This document shows positions 1-9,142 of a DNA stretch of 64,000 nucleotides, piece after piece. The stretch comes from Pyrodictiaceae archaeon. GTDB lineage: Archaea; Thermoproteota; Thermoprotei_A; Sulfolobales; Pyrodictiaceae. The stretch is from the NCBI GenBank assembly GCA_027036135.1, contig JALVSY010000016.1, positions 288,001 to 352,000 of the forward strand, given 5' to 3'. The notes beneath the pieces are model-generated. The model searched no databases. It saw only the letters and a program-made list of their open reading frames with translations, and was not told the DNA's origin. The translations under genes and the position numbers were made by a program. Each line of letters begins with the position of its first letter. Position 1 is the stretch's first letter.

Positions 1-174
1 AAGAGTAACACCCCTTTTATAGATCCTCCTAAGTAGGGTTGTTTTTGCATACATAATATTACGAGAGACGGGTCTATTGTGGTCGTGTTCTTATCTAATG
101 AGCTTTTGTATCTAATTCCCTTCTAATACTATTTCTTGAACCGAAGTGAGTACAGAGAATGGCGTGACTCGCAT

Positions 175-798
175 ATGACGGGGAACCGGTGGATCATTGT
201 TTTCGGAGTACCAGGTACTGGTAAATCCTTCCTGGGTTCGAGACTTGCGCGAAGACTTAGTTACAGATTTACTACTTTGAGTTGGTTTGTGCTCTATAAT
301 GGGTATTGGAGGGAATATGATATTCATCGTAGAAGCTTTGTAGTAGATTATGATGCTCTTCTTAGAGGATTACAGAAGCTTAGTGGCAGATACGTTATTG
401 AGACTCATTGGTTAGAGCCCTTCCTAAAGAATGATGCACTGCCTAGCTTAGTTGTATTTACGCGTACTCATCCCCTCGTGCTCTATGAGAGGCTTGTTCG
501 AAGAGCTTGGCCTCTTAGAAAGATAGCTGAGAACGTTGAGGCAGAACTTATTGGCGCGCTCGTCCCTGAGGTTCATGAAGTCATTGACCGGGGGATCAAG
601 GTCATCGAGGTTGATACTACCAGTACCCCTGTTAATGATGCTGTTAACAAGGTTATTGAATTCTTGGAAAGGAATAGCAAAAATATCGAGTGCTGCATTG
701 ACTGGTTATCAAGACTTAGTGTAGAGGAGCTAGAGAAGGTTATGAGGATAATAGAGGCTAGGACAGCTACTGAGAAGGGTGAAGAGCTTTATGAGTGA
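175..798 (+). CDS. Adenylate kinase / ATPase, AK6 (Fap7/CINAP) family
   Basis: P-loop GVPGTGKS, VIETH (Walker-B-like ExH), RTHPLVLYERLVRRAW..KIAENVEAE, and C-terminal IDWL typical of AK6; ATG at 175 preferred over TTG 136. Confidence 0.85.
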   Translation: MTGNRWIIVFGVPGTGKSFLGSRLARRLSYRFTTLSWFVLYNGYWREYDIHRRSFVVDYDALLRGLQKLSGRYVIETHWLEPFLKNDALPSLVVFTRTHPLVLYERLVRRAWPLRKIAENVEAELIGALVPEVHEVIDRGIKVIEVDTTSTPVNDAVNKVIEFLERNSKNIECCIDWLSRLSVEELEKVMRIIEARTATEKGEELYE

Positions 799-1450
799 AG
801 GATTTGACGGAATTCGCGGCCTTGATTTGTCCTACTTGTCTAGGCGAACAAGGGATATAATTACTCGTATCGATTCCGTATTAGCTAAAAGAGAGGAGAT
901 TAGGGATTCTTTAATTAAGTCTGGCAGAGACATTATACGGCTATCTGGGTGGGCTATTAATGCTATTCATAGAGGTATGCTAAGCGAGGCTACCAAGTAC
1001 ATAGATGAAATGGATAAGAAGGTCACAACGTTCATAGATATGGCTAATAGCGATGTGTTCCTGAGAGAGAGTGGTTTTGTGTATAATGTACTATCGGAGT
1101 ACGTAGAGGCTAAGGTCTTCTACGAGCTAGTTGTAAAAGGTATTCTGCCGAGCCACGATGATCTAGGAGTTAGCGAGATCCCGTACTTACAGGGCTTGGG
1201 CGATGTTCTAGGCGAGTTAAGAAGATTGGCACTAGACTTTCTCAGGGTTGGTAAGGTAAAGCTGGCCGAGAAAATCCTAGAAGTAATGGAGGTAATGTAT
1301 TACGAGATGAGAGCCCTAGAGTACCCTGATGCCCTTATGCCGGGGGTCAGGCACAAGGTTGATGTGGCTCGGCGTCTAATAGATGATACAAAGTCGTTAC
1401 TGCTTAGCGTAAAGACTAGAATTGTATCATGTAGTGGCGAGAGAGAATGA
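791..1450 (+). CDS. Translin/Trax family RNase (archaeal C3PO-like)
   Basis: SEYVEA and YLQGLGDVLGELRR motifs, RHKVDVARRL; acidic catalytic residues retained; ATG 791 follows a GGGTGA SD. Confidence 0.85.
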   Translation: MSEGFDGIRGLDLSYLSRRTRDIITRIDSVLAKREEIRDSLIKSGRDIIRLSGWAINAIHRGMLSEATKYIDEMDKKVTTFIDMANSDVFLRESGFVYNVLSEYVEAKVFYELVVKGILPSHDDLGVSEIPYLQGLGDVLGELRRLALDFLRVGKVKLAEKILEVMEVMYYEMRALEYPDALMPGVRHKVDVARRLIDDTKSLLLSVKTRIVSCSGERE

Positions 1451-1764
1451 AGTCTATGTCTCCTCTGGAAGCATTTCTACATGTGTTGTGCAAGTATCTA
1501 CGTGACCGTGGCGCAATGGTTCTTAGCTTAGCGAGTACTGTGGGCCAGAAGAAACTAATGGTTTCTCTTTATGGTCTTTGGCGTAGGCATCGGTACTGGG
1601 AAACAAGCTATAGAAGGCTTAGTGATATCCTCGAGGAGATTACGAAGAATGAGAAGTTCTTGGAGTCTCTTAAGAGAATTGGTGTCGAAGAGATTGTTGC
1701 TGGGGAGGATGAGCCATACATTGTTATCGATATCGAGAAAATTAGGCGTTCACTTAAGTGCTAG
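1447..1764 (+). CDS. Hypothetical protein
   Basis: 105-aa ORF with ATGA overlap to the upstream gene; no recognised motif. Confidence 0.55.
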   Translation: MKSMSPLEAFLHVLCKYLRDRGAMVLSLASTVGQKKLMVSLYGLWRRHRYWETSYRRLSDILEEITKNEKFLESLKRIGVEEIVAGEDEPYIVIDIEKIRRSLKC

Positions 1765-1779
1765 TACTAGGGATTAGCA

Positions 1780-2265
1780 TTGAGGCTAAGAAGGCCTAGC
1801 CCAGCGGAGATAGAGAGGCTTAGAGCTATAGCTGATTACCAGTTTGGTTTTCCTGCAGGAGATCTCTTGATAAGTGATGATATTGTTGTCGGTGTTTCGC
1901 CTAGTACCCGTCGCATAAGAGAAATTTATGGCTCAGAAGGCTTGCTCGCAGTGCTGAGAGCACACGATTATCTGTTTTCGCTCTCGCTTAACGGGGCAAA
2001 TCGCTTACTCAAGCTACCAGAGCCAAGACTACGCGCCTGGGTAGTCGACCTTCGCGGAAAAAGTGTGCGATGTAGGGATATCATAAGGATTGACGAGTCC
2101 CTTCGGCCTGGTGATGAAGTTATAATAGTTTCTAGGGAGTCTCGTCTCCTTGGTGTAGGTAGGCTGCGTCTAGCTCCCCTCGAGGTAGCTGAGCGCTGCG
2201 AGAGCGAGGCTATACGTGTACGAAAGAAAGTAGAGACGGGTGAGGAGAAAAATGAGTCAGTATAA
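1780..2265 (+). CDS. PUA-domain protein (ArcTGT C-terminal C2/C3-like)
   Basis: LRAIADYQFG, SPSTRRIREI and LRPGDEVIIVS..LLGVG, matching the TGT_C2 + PUA region. Confidence 0.8.
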   Translation: MRLRRPSPAEIERLRAIADYQFGFPAGDLLISDDIVVGVSPSTRRIREIYGSEGLLAVLRAHDYLFSLSLNGANRLLKLPEPRLRAWVVDLRGKSVRCRDIIRIDESLRPGDEVIIVSRESRLLGVGRLRLAPLEVAERCESEAIRVRKKVETGEEKNESV

Positions 2266-2995
2266 TATTTATAGGTTTAAGACAATAAAAGTGTTCTTCA
2301 GGGACGAGTTTAGAAAGAGCGAATTCATTGTTACCGGGTTTAAGGGATTTGGGGCAGTTGGTTATCTCGCATCCCTTCATCTAGCTGAGAGACTGTTTTG
2401 CAAGAAAGCAGGCTTTATAGTCACAAAATATGTGCCGGAGGAAGTAACTCCGGGCGATGAGGGAGTTGTTGGACCTTTTACTCTGTATTCTTGCGAGAAC
2501 AACGGTAGACATTTTGGCGTAATAGTTAATCATGATATCCCCCTTGTACAGGAGCGTAGCCGCTTCGCGGAGGCTGTCATAAACTTCTTGACCCGAATAG
2601 GGATAGATGAGGCTGTACTTATTGGGGGTTTTGATTCAAGGCTTCGCCGTGGCGATGAGAAGCTTAGGTGGATAGCGACGTCTGCTTATAAGAGAGATCT
2701 CGATGAGCCGCGTATGGATAAGGGTCTCTATGTTGTTGGTCCTTTAGCGCTTCTTCTACTTTATGCGGAGGTTTATGGGTATCCGGCATTGGCTCTGCTC
2801 CCTTATGCTGAGGCCGTGCGACCGGATCCCAGGGCCGCTGCAACGGCTATTGAGAAGCTCAACGAACTATATGGACTCTCTATAGGTACTGAGGAGCTTC
2901 TCGAAGAGGCGAAGAAAATAGAAGAAATGATATCGACCCTTGAGCGTCAACAGCAGATGCTCTCGAGCTCGGCTCCAGAGAGATCCTATATGTGA
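2252..2995 (+). CDS. Proteasome assembly chaperone, PAC2 family
   Basis: TGFKGFGAVGYLA, VVGPLALLL, RPDPRAAA, EELLEEAKKIEE, C-terminal SYM; ATG 2252 after GGGTGAGG. Confidence 0.85.
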   Translation: MSQYNIYRFKTIKVFFRDEFRKSEFIVTGFKGFGAVGYLASLHLAERLFCKKAGFIVTKYVPEEVTPGDEGVVGPFTLYSCENNGRHFGVIVNHDIPLVQERSRFAEAVINFLTRIGIDEAVLIGGFDSRLRRGDEKLRWIATSAYKRDLDEPRMDKGLYVVGPLALLLLYAEVYGYPALALLPYAEAVRPDPRAAATAIEKLNELYGLSIGTEELLEEAKKIEEMISTLERQQQMLSSSAPERSYM

Positions 2996-4578
2996 GAGAA
3001 AGTTTTTCCACAGTTTTCTTCCCTAATATCTATGGTATGCTTATTTCCTAGTTTTTCCATTATTTTGGCTGCGAGTTCTTTGCTCCATTCCCATTCTCTG
3101 CACGTAAGTATTTTTATGGCCGTGTAGTTCTCCTTGTTGTTCTCGATATAGTTTATTATGATTTTTGTGGTCTTGTCTATGACCTCTTGGTAGGTATAGG
3201 TGTTGGCCTCGAACTGTGAGAGTGGATAGGTTTCCGAGAGCTCCTCAGGTATAACGCCTATATAGAGCATATATCCCGCTATGTGGGTGTTGCTGGGCTC
3301 TCGTTTTCGTAGCCTAGTGTATATCTTTGACCTTGTGAACGGTTTCTCGCTTGGGTCAACTGGTATGAGTAATAACGTTCCGTGTTTTCTCGGTTTATAT
3401 CTTCTCAATATGTATTGGTGATGGTGAAGTATCTTGGGGTTGTAGAGGCTTTCGGGACCATAGAGGAAGACTCCTTTCACACCACTTGCTTTTACTCTTG
3501 GTGAAAGTTTTTCTATAAAACTAGAGTACTTTTTAAATTCTGTAAATGCTATTGAGAGTGATGGATGTGCTCGGCTTCTTTTCTCAAGAAGCTCCCATAA
3601 ACGTCCCTCCTTAATGGCTACTTTGACCTCATTAATTGTCTGTCTTAGAATATAGAGATTATGAAGAGCTAATAATCTTATGCGTTCTTGTTTTGGCATC
3701 TCTAGTAATTCTTTAGGTGCGTATTTTGTGCAGACTGGGCAGCTGCACGGGAAGTATTCCAAGTCCCTGAGCCTGTACGTTCTATAGGGCGTCATGTATC
3801 TCTCGTCGCGTGCATAGAGGATATAGGATGCTGAATCAAATAGGTCAACGCCTAGTGCAACAGCAAATGGTATTATCATTGGATGGCCTGCACCGAAGAG
3901 GTGTAGAGGCCTAGTTATCGGAAGTCTTGTTCGCGCAGTGTATATCATTTCTAGGAGAGTTCTATATTCGTATTGCTCTAGGAGAACAGTTGGGCTACCC
4001 AGAGCATATAGCTTATAGCCTTCTAGGGCTCTGGCCTCCGTGGCGCACTTTGCCACAAGGTCGCTGAAGGGCCCTCCCTGTATTGGCAGAACCCATATAC
4101 GGTTCTCGGGGTCTATGTATTTGAGGGCCTCTTTTGCTCTTCGAAGTGTCTCTGCGACGCTATATTCTGCTTGCTTCCTATCTCTCACATTACCAGTTGG
4201 AATGTCTAGGATAACTGCTATGTCGCTTCCTATTCCCTGTTGGAATTTTATTACCTCTATTGGGTCTATGTCTACTTCGCCGTATTGTAGAATTTGGTAA
4301 GCGCCAGAATCCGTCATTACTATGCCGTCAAAGCCTAGGACTTTATGCACTCCTTTTTCGAGAGCGGTTGTCCGCATCCTCTTCCATAATAAGTATGCAT
4401 TAGTTATAACTGCGTTGAACCCTAGCCTCTTTATGTCCTCGATTGGTACCTCCTGCCTAACTATATCTATGACTGGCAGTAGCGCTGGTGTCTCTATAAT
4501 GCCGTGAGGAGTATGTAGTCTCGCTATTCTGCCTGCTAAGTCCTTTTCCCTTATATCGAATAACCCGTAGGGGGTCAA
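2986..4578 (-). CDS. tgtA: tRNA-guanine(15) transglycosylase (archaeosine TGT)
   Basis: DLAGRIARL, ETPALLPV, MTDSGAYQ, LHLFGAGHP, GVDLFDSASY and Zn site CSCPVC..H. Confidence 0.95.
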   Translation of the reverse strand: MTPYGLFDIREKDLAGRIARLHTPHGIIETPALLPVIDIVRQEVPIEDIKRLGFNAVITNAYLLWKRMRTTALEKGVHKVLGFDGIVMTDSGAYQILQYGEVDIDPIEVIKFQQGIGSDIAVILDIPTGNVRDRKQAEYSVAETLRRAKEALKYIDPENRIWVLPIQGGPFSDLVAKCATEARALEGYKLYALGSPTVLLEQYEYRTLLEMIYTARTRLPITRPLHLFGAGHPMIIPFAVALGVDLFDSASYILYARDERYMTPYRTYRLRDLEYFPCSCPVCTKYAPKELLEMPKQERIRLLALHNLYILRQTINEVKVAIKEGRLWELLEKRSRAHPSLSIAFTEFKKYSSFIEKLSPRVKASGVKGVFLYGPESLYNPKILHHHQYILRRYKPRKHGTLLLIPVDPSEKPFTRSKIYTRLRKREPSNTHIAGYMLYIGVIPEELSETYPLSQFEANTYTYQEVIDKTTKIIINYIENNKENYTAIKILTCREWEWSKELAAKIMEKLGNKHTIDIREENCGKTFSHI

Positions 4579-5033
4579 CGGAGCGGTTCTCCCCTCTTCT
4601 TGGCATCAAGGTATTCTCTTAGAACATAGTTAACCTTAGCTGCTAGAGGCCCAGCTCCTTCAACGCCTTCTGCTGTGACCCTAATATTATTGTATATCAT
4701 GACGACACCTGCATCCGGGTAGATACGAATAGCATCAGGCCTAAGTCCTAGTTTCTTGGCCACGTAGTCAGCGAACTCCTTTGGATCAAATATAGTCGTC
4801 TCGTAGGCTCTTATTTCGGCAATTACTCTCCCCATTATGAATAACCTTGGTATAGTCTTGTCGTCTGTTTTTACATCGCTTAGAACAAGGTTCATTTCTG
4901 GATGCTCAAAGCCCAATAGTCTGCCCACATACTTTTTACCATCAACAAGTACTACCTCGATGCGCTTCCCGATAAGATTTGTAAGCTCTGTTATGAATCG
5001 CCTCGATGAGGGTGGAGCCATTATAGAGGCCAC
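4575..5033 (-). CDS. Sm-like protein with C-terminal domain (SmAP3 type)
   Basis: Sm1 motif GKKYVGRLLGFEHPEMNLVLSD plus a ~70-aa Lsm_C-like extension. Confidence 0.85.
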   Translation of the reverse strand: MASIMAPPSSRRFITELTNLIGKRIEVVLVDGKKYVGRLLGFEHPEMNLVLSDVKTDDKTIPRLFIMGRVIAEIRAYETTIFDPKEFADYVAKKLGLRPDAIRIYPDAGVVMIYNNIRVTAEGVEGAGPLAAKVNYVLREYLDAKKRGEPLR

Positions 5034-5162
5034 TTTCTACACCAGCGAGCTAGGATAGCAAGTAGCTAAATATATAGGTAGGGTCAGTTTCGCCATTTCC
5101 CGGAGGAATATTGTCGCTTCCTCCTAGAAACGCTGGCCTAGCTTGCCACGAGGTGAGGTTAT

Positions 5163-5534
5163 ATGAGCAATGAGAATACTGTAGTAAATTTTACCGGCAC
5201 AGTAGAAAGTGTAGAAAAAGAGCTAATACCCCGACTATATATAGGGCGAATAAAGAGTGATAACGGTGAGTATCTCGTTGAGATGGATCTACATAAAGAC
5301 TTAAAGGTTTATGAACCGGGTACACGAGTAGAAGTAGCTATCTCAAAAACGATGCCTAATTATAAAGATGGCGTGGACTTAGTTGCCAAAGGAACCGTTG
5401 TATCCATAAGGAATGACGGCGACTACACAGCGTACCTGATCTCGATAGGAGGTCTCCTATTCATACTAAAATCTAAGAAAAAACTTGACTTAGCCCCCAC
5501 CGAGAAACTATATATAAAGATCACAGAGGTTTAG
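5163..5534 (+). CDS. rpoG: DNA-directed RNA polymerase subunit G (Rpo8)
   Basis: 123-aa OB-fold-like protein, MDLHKDL and LISIGGLLF motif. Confidence 0.8.
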   Translation: MSNENTVVNFTGTVESVEKELIPRLYIGRIKSDNGEYLVEMDLHKDLKVYEPGTRVEVAISKTMPNYKDGVDLVAKGTVVSIRNDGDYTAYLISIGGLLFILKSKKKLDLAPTEKLYIKITEV

Positions 5535-5616
5535 TCATCTAAAGGACTCAGGTAGAATAGTTTAGCCTAGCTCTCCAAGAGCAGTCTCTCGCGACCCTTA
5601 TAGGGATAGGGATTTC

Positions 5617-6072
5617 TTGCAACCCGGTCAAGCAAGTAGAGCTGCTCCTTTAATCTTCCTAGCTTTAGCACTCACTATTCTATTACGTATGATAAATATC
5701 CCGAGGAGGCTTACTAAAACAGAATCAATAATTATCTTAGTTATTCTGGTCAGCTTTGTGTTAGTACTAGTAGCAACACTACGTAGAAAAAAGGATGAAT
5801 ACTGTATCGAAATAACAATCTCTCGTACCGCTCCCTACACACTACTTTACAAGGACCTAGTATATCTATCAAGGCTGATGAAGAGTTTATCGAGGGAGCA
5901 TAAAGCAGTAACCCTAATAGCACCGTGTGACGGAAAAGCTGTGTTTTGTGCCAGCTTTAACGAGCTAGAAAGACTTGCAGAAATAATAGATAAGAATACA
6001 TCTACGCTCCTAATAAGTCACACTAAAGAGAAACAAGCCTTGTGTAAAAACAGCGATGAGCAAAAATCTTAA
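5617..6072 (+). CDS. Hypothetical membrane protein
   Basis: Two N-terminal hydrophobic segments followed by RRKK; no family recognised. Confidence 0.5.
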   Translation: MQPGQASRAAPLIFLALALTILLRMINIPRRLTKTESIIILVILVSFVLVLVATLRRKKDEYCIEITISRTAPYTLLYKDLVYLSRLMKSLSREHKAVTLIAPCDGKAVFCASFNELERLAEIIDKNTSTLLISHTKEKQALCKNSDEQKS

Positions 6073-6119
6073 ACCCCACTACCCGTTAAGCCCTCTATAC
6101 TACATGGCGGTCCACGGAT

Positions 6120-6290
6120 CCCGCCGTAGCTCAGCGGCAGAGCGCCCGGCTGTAGGTGGGGCTCCAGGCCCCCCGCGCGCCTAACTCCCCGTACACGGGG
6201 TGGATGAGGGCGCGTCGGCCAAAGGGCCTATGGGGGCCTGGGGGAGCAGATACCGGGTGGTCCGGGGTTCGAATCCCCGCGGCGGGACCA
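6120..6290 (+). tRNA. tRNA-Tyr(GTA) with 96-nt intron at 37/38 (6156-6251), CCA encoded
   Basis: Acceptor CCCGCCG/CGGCGGG, anticodon stem CCCGG/CCGGG, CT-GTA-G, T-loop TTCGAAT; BHB central helix CTGT/GCAG with bulges AG|G and AT|A. Confidence 0.95.
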
Positions 6291-6432
6291 CCCTAACCCG
6301 GCTCCCCCACCGCGTGACGTCTATACCGGCCTTTGCTTTCTCCGTGTCTAAAAGAAAAGAGAATTCTAAGCGGCTTCTTGTTTAGAAGAAAAGTTACAGA
6401 AACTGGAACGCTTAGTTAGCTATTCCTTCATG

Positions 6433-7716
6433 CTAGTGCTCGAAGGTGTATTCCTTATCATTTTCCGCTATGATTACCTCCTCGGCTAGCTCCTTTTCTC
6501 TGACTACTTCTGCAAACGTACTAGCGACGTCTGGCTCGCTATGTACTATCATTAACTTAGAGGGTTTAAGTTTTTCAACTATCTCTAATAGGCTTCTTTG
6601 ATCACCATGGCTGCTAAAGTCTAGCCACTCAACTCTAGCCTTAACGGGTTCCTCCGTGTCTGGCATTAGTCCCTCCTCTAGTATTCTCCTCCCTGGTGAC
6701 CCCGGAGCCTGAAAGCTTACCATCACTACCGTGTTGCGGGGATTTCTGCCTATCCTCTTGAGGTAGTATAGGCTTGGTCCTCCCTTTAGCATACCGGCTG
6801 ATGCGATAATGACTGAGGGCCTTTTCCAAGCCCTGTTTCGGTCCCTCCAGCCTCTTACTATGTTGAAGTTCTCGTAAGCTTTTCTTAATAGGTGTGGATT
6901 ATTTATGTACTCGCTATTCTCGAGAAATATTTCGGTTATCTGCCTAATCATGCCATCAACGTATACAGACACCCCAGGATCATGCTCTGCTAGTATCATC
7001 ATCATTTCTTGCCCCCTAGCAATACTGAAGGCTGGTATGAGCACTGTACCCTTCTTATCAATGGTCTCCTCTATAATGGACAGCAGCCTCTTCTCAGCGT
7101 TTTCTCGCGGAGGATGGTGGGATGCGCCATACGTTGCCTCCGTTATTAACAAGTCAACCTTGCCTACTAAGTCGATATGAGCAGGCTTCATCAATTTTGT
7201 CTCGATAGTATTAATGTCTCCCGTAAACGCTATCCTGGCACCATCTATATTTAGCACGGTGAGTACACTTCCTGGTATATGCCCTGCCGAGTAGAACTCG
7301 GCTTCTATACCATCACTCAGTAGTATCTTTTGGCCGTACCTAATTGTCTCTGTGTTCTCGAGAAACGCCTTTACCTCGCGGTGCTCGTAGGGAGAATAGT
7401 AACCATTCAGCTTTAGAAAGTCCTCGAGCATCAGCTTTGCCATCTGTTTTGTAGGCCTCGTTGCATAGACTTTTGGCGAGCCTGAGATGAAGTAAAGCGG
7501 CGCCGTCCCTATATGGTCTAAGTGGGCATGGCTAATTAGTATCGAGTCAACGTATTTTGGTGGATATGTTGCTGCAAAGACGGGTCTATCTTCTTCGTCA
7601 AAGTTTACGCCAGCATCTAGTAGCACACCATTCTTTTCACCTTCTCTTCTAACAAGTATTGATGCTCGGCCTACCTCTCCTCCGCCGCCAAGTACTCTAA
7701 CTACATATTTACTCAT
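6433..7716 (-). CDS. beta-CASP metallo-beta-lactamase ribonuclease (aCPSF2-like)
   Basis: SHAHLDH, AGHIPGS, TEATYG, PAFSIARGQE, SAGMLKGG, FSSHGD, VHSE; no KH domains. Confidence 0.9.
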   Translation of the reverse strand: MSKYVVRVLGGGGEVGRASILVRREGEKNGVLLDAGVNFDEEDRPVFAATYPPKYVDSILISHAHLDHIGTAPLYFISGSPKVYATRPTKQMAKLMLEDFLKLNGYYSPYEHREVKAFLENTETIRYGQKILLSDGIEAEFYSAGHIPGSVLTVLNIDGARIAFTGDINTIETKLMKPAHIDLVGKVDLLITEATYGASHHPPRENAEKRLLSIIEETIDKKGTVLIPAFSIARGQEMMMILAEHDPGVSVYVDGMIRQITEIFLENSEYINNPHLLRKAYENFNIVRGWRDRNRAWKRPSVIIASAGMLKGGPSLYYLKRIGRNPRNTVVMVSFQAPGSPGRRILEEGLMPDTEEPVKARVEWLDFSSHGDQRSLLEIVEKLKPSKLMIVHSEPDVASTFAEVVREKELAEEVIIAENDKEYTFEH

Positions 7717-7859
7717 AACATATACTCACCCCTTAAGCCCATATTCTTTGCATGCTTTGCTAAATGGTGGGCGAACCCTTGTCAAGAGAAGTGATACAAA
7801 CTAACTATTATATACTCTAATGAAACACCTAACCAGTTATGGAGAGGTGAAGCGACGAA

Positions 7860-8243
7860 GTGTTCCGATTCGATCCGAAGGAGCTAAGGAAACAACTAAG
7901 ACGTCTCGGCTTAAGGGATGTGAAAATAGAGCCAGTTAACGCTGAGGAAGTAGTTATACGAACCGAGGAGGGCAAGGAACTCGCAATACCGTCGCCCCAA
8001 GTACTCCTCATGAGGATGAAAGGTGGAGCAGTTATGCTACAAGTAATGGGCCAGAGCATTGAAGAAAGAGAAGTAGCACAAGAAGAGACTCCACAGATAA
8101 GCGAGGAAGATGTAAAATTCGTCGCGGAACAGACGGGTGTAAGTATAGATGAGGCGAGACAAGCATTAGAGGAAGCGGGAGGAGATATAGCAGCAGCAAT
8201 TATGCTTATTGAGGAGCGGAAGCGAGCCCTCGAAGGCTCTTAA
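7860..8243 (+). CDS. nac: Nascent polypeptide-associated complex protein
   Basis: NAC domain plus UBA-like EEDVKFVAEQTGVS.EARQALEEAGGDIAAAI. Confidence 0.9.
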   Translation: MFRFDPKELRKQLRRLGLRDVKIEPVNAEEVVIRTEEGKELAIPSPQVLLMRMKGGAVMLQVMGQSIEEREVAQEETPQISEEDVKFVAEQTGVSIDEARQALEEAGGDIAAAIMLIEERKRALEGS

Positions 8244-8937
8244 CTATAGCATCCACGCTCTCCGCAACACTTATCACCACGGGGATGTTCTCGGCCTCGG
8301 CTATCCATGCAGCCAGATAGTCAAGCCTACGAGTCCCGTGAAGAACTATCATGGCTGGCTTCACGGTGGAGACGCGCAGTGCTATCATAGGGCTTCGCCC
8401 AGTGGTAACCTTTGTGAACACTACAACTCTCTGTGCCGTAGCACCAAGTAAGTAGAAGAACTCGTTACCAGCAAGACTAAGGACAGCCTTAAGACTATCA
8501 ACAACCGTGTACCCATATACTTTCAAGTCCTCGATGAAAGAATTAACTGGTACACCCTTCACAATCTCAACTATTTTGTCAACGGGTACACCGTGCTCAA
8601 ACTCGGCCATATCTATAACAGCACTCAAATAATGTATCTGGAATGTGCGAGCAAGCTTAGAGACAGTAGCCCAGCCCCTCTCGGCATCAATATCCAACAA
8701 TGCCTCGACAAAACGACGGACAAAACTAGAACCAGGCACCCTCCTACCCTTCTCATAATCACTGACAACACTCGGGCTAACACCCATATGATGAGCAACC
8801 TCTAGCTGACTAGCCCCGAATATCTCACGCCACTTCCTCATAGTACTGCCAGGACGACTACTCATTACAATCTCGCCGGCAATACGCTGAGAAACCTGCT
8901 CTATAACGACACGAGGAGGCCAAATAAGCCCGGTCAA
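8206..8937 (-). CDS. XRE-family HTH transcriptional regulator (COG1709-like)
   Basis: RIAGEIVMS..PG.TMRKWREIF, SPSVVSDYEKGRR.PG, VFTKVTTGRSPMIA; TTG 8937 preferred, since the longer ORF start abuts tRNA-Ser. Confidence 0.85.
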   Translation of the reverse strand: MTGLIWPPRVVIEQVSQRIAGEIVMSSRPGSTMRKWREIFGASQLEVAHHMGVSPSVVSDYEKGRRVPGSSFVRRFVEALLDIDAERGWATVSKLARTFQIHYLSAVIDMAEFEHGVPVDKIVEIVKGVPVNSFIEDLKVYGYTVVDSLKAVLSLAGNEFFYLLGATAQRVVVFTKVTTGRSPMIALRVSTVKPAMIVLHGTRRLDYLAAWIAEAENIPVVISVAESVDAIVKSLRGLASAPQ

Positions 8938-8955
8938 AACGCGGCACCCGCTCCC

Positions 8956-8970
8956 GAGAAAAGACTTAAA
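8956..8970 (+). promoter_or_regulatory. BRE/TATA box of tRNA-Ser
   Basis: GAGAAAAG followed by CTTAAA about 40 nt upstream of the mature tRNA. Confidence 0.5.
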
Positions 8971-9007
8971 CCACCCTAGAGAACTATAACACCAACTAAT
9001 CATGGAT

Positions 9008-9094
9008 GCCGGGGTCGCCTAGCCTGGTAGGGCGCCGGCCTGCTAAGCCGGTGGGGGTTACCCCGCGCGGGTTCAAATCCCGCCCCCGGCGCCA
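9008..9094 (+). tRNA. tRNA-Ser(GCT), CCA encoded
   Basis: GCCGGGG/CCCCGGC acceptor, CCGGC-CT GCT AA-GCCGG, long variable arm, TTCAAAT T-loop, G discriminator. Confidence 0.95.
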
Positions 9095-9142
9095 CACCCC
9101 TGTAAGCCCCACCGGCTCCAGCATTTCCCCTAGTGCCTCGTT

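Noticed and set aside
6175-6215. Nested second intron inside the tRNA-Tyr intron
   Set aside because: The candidate BHB central helix (CCTA/TGGA) has a mismatch and a poor outer register; a K-turn-like loop fits better
6200-6385. 61-aa ORF in the track
   Set aside because: Overlaps tRNA-Tyr; spurious
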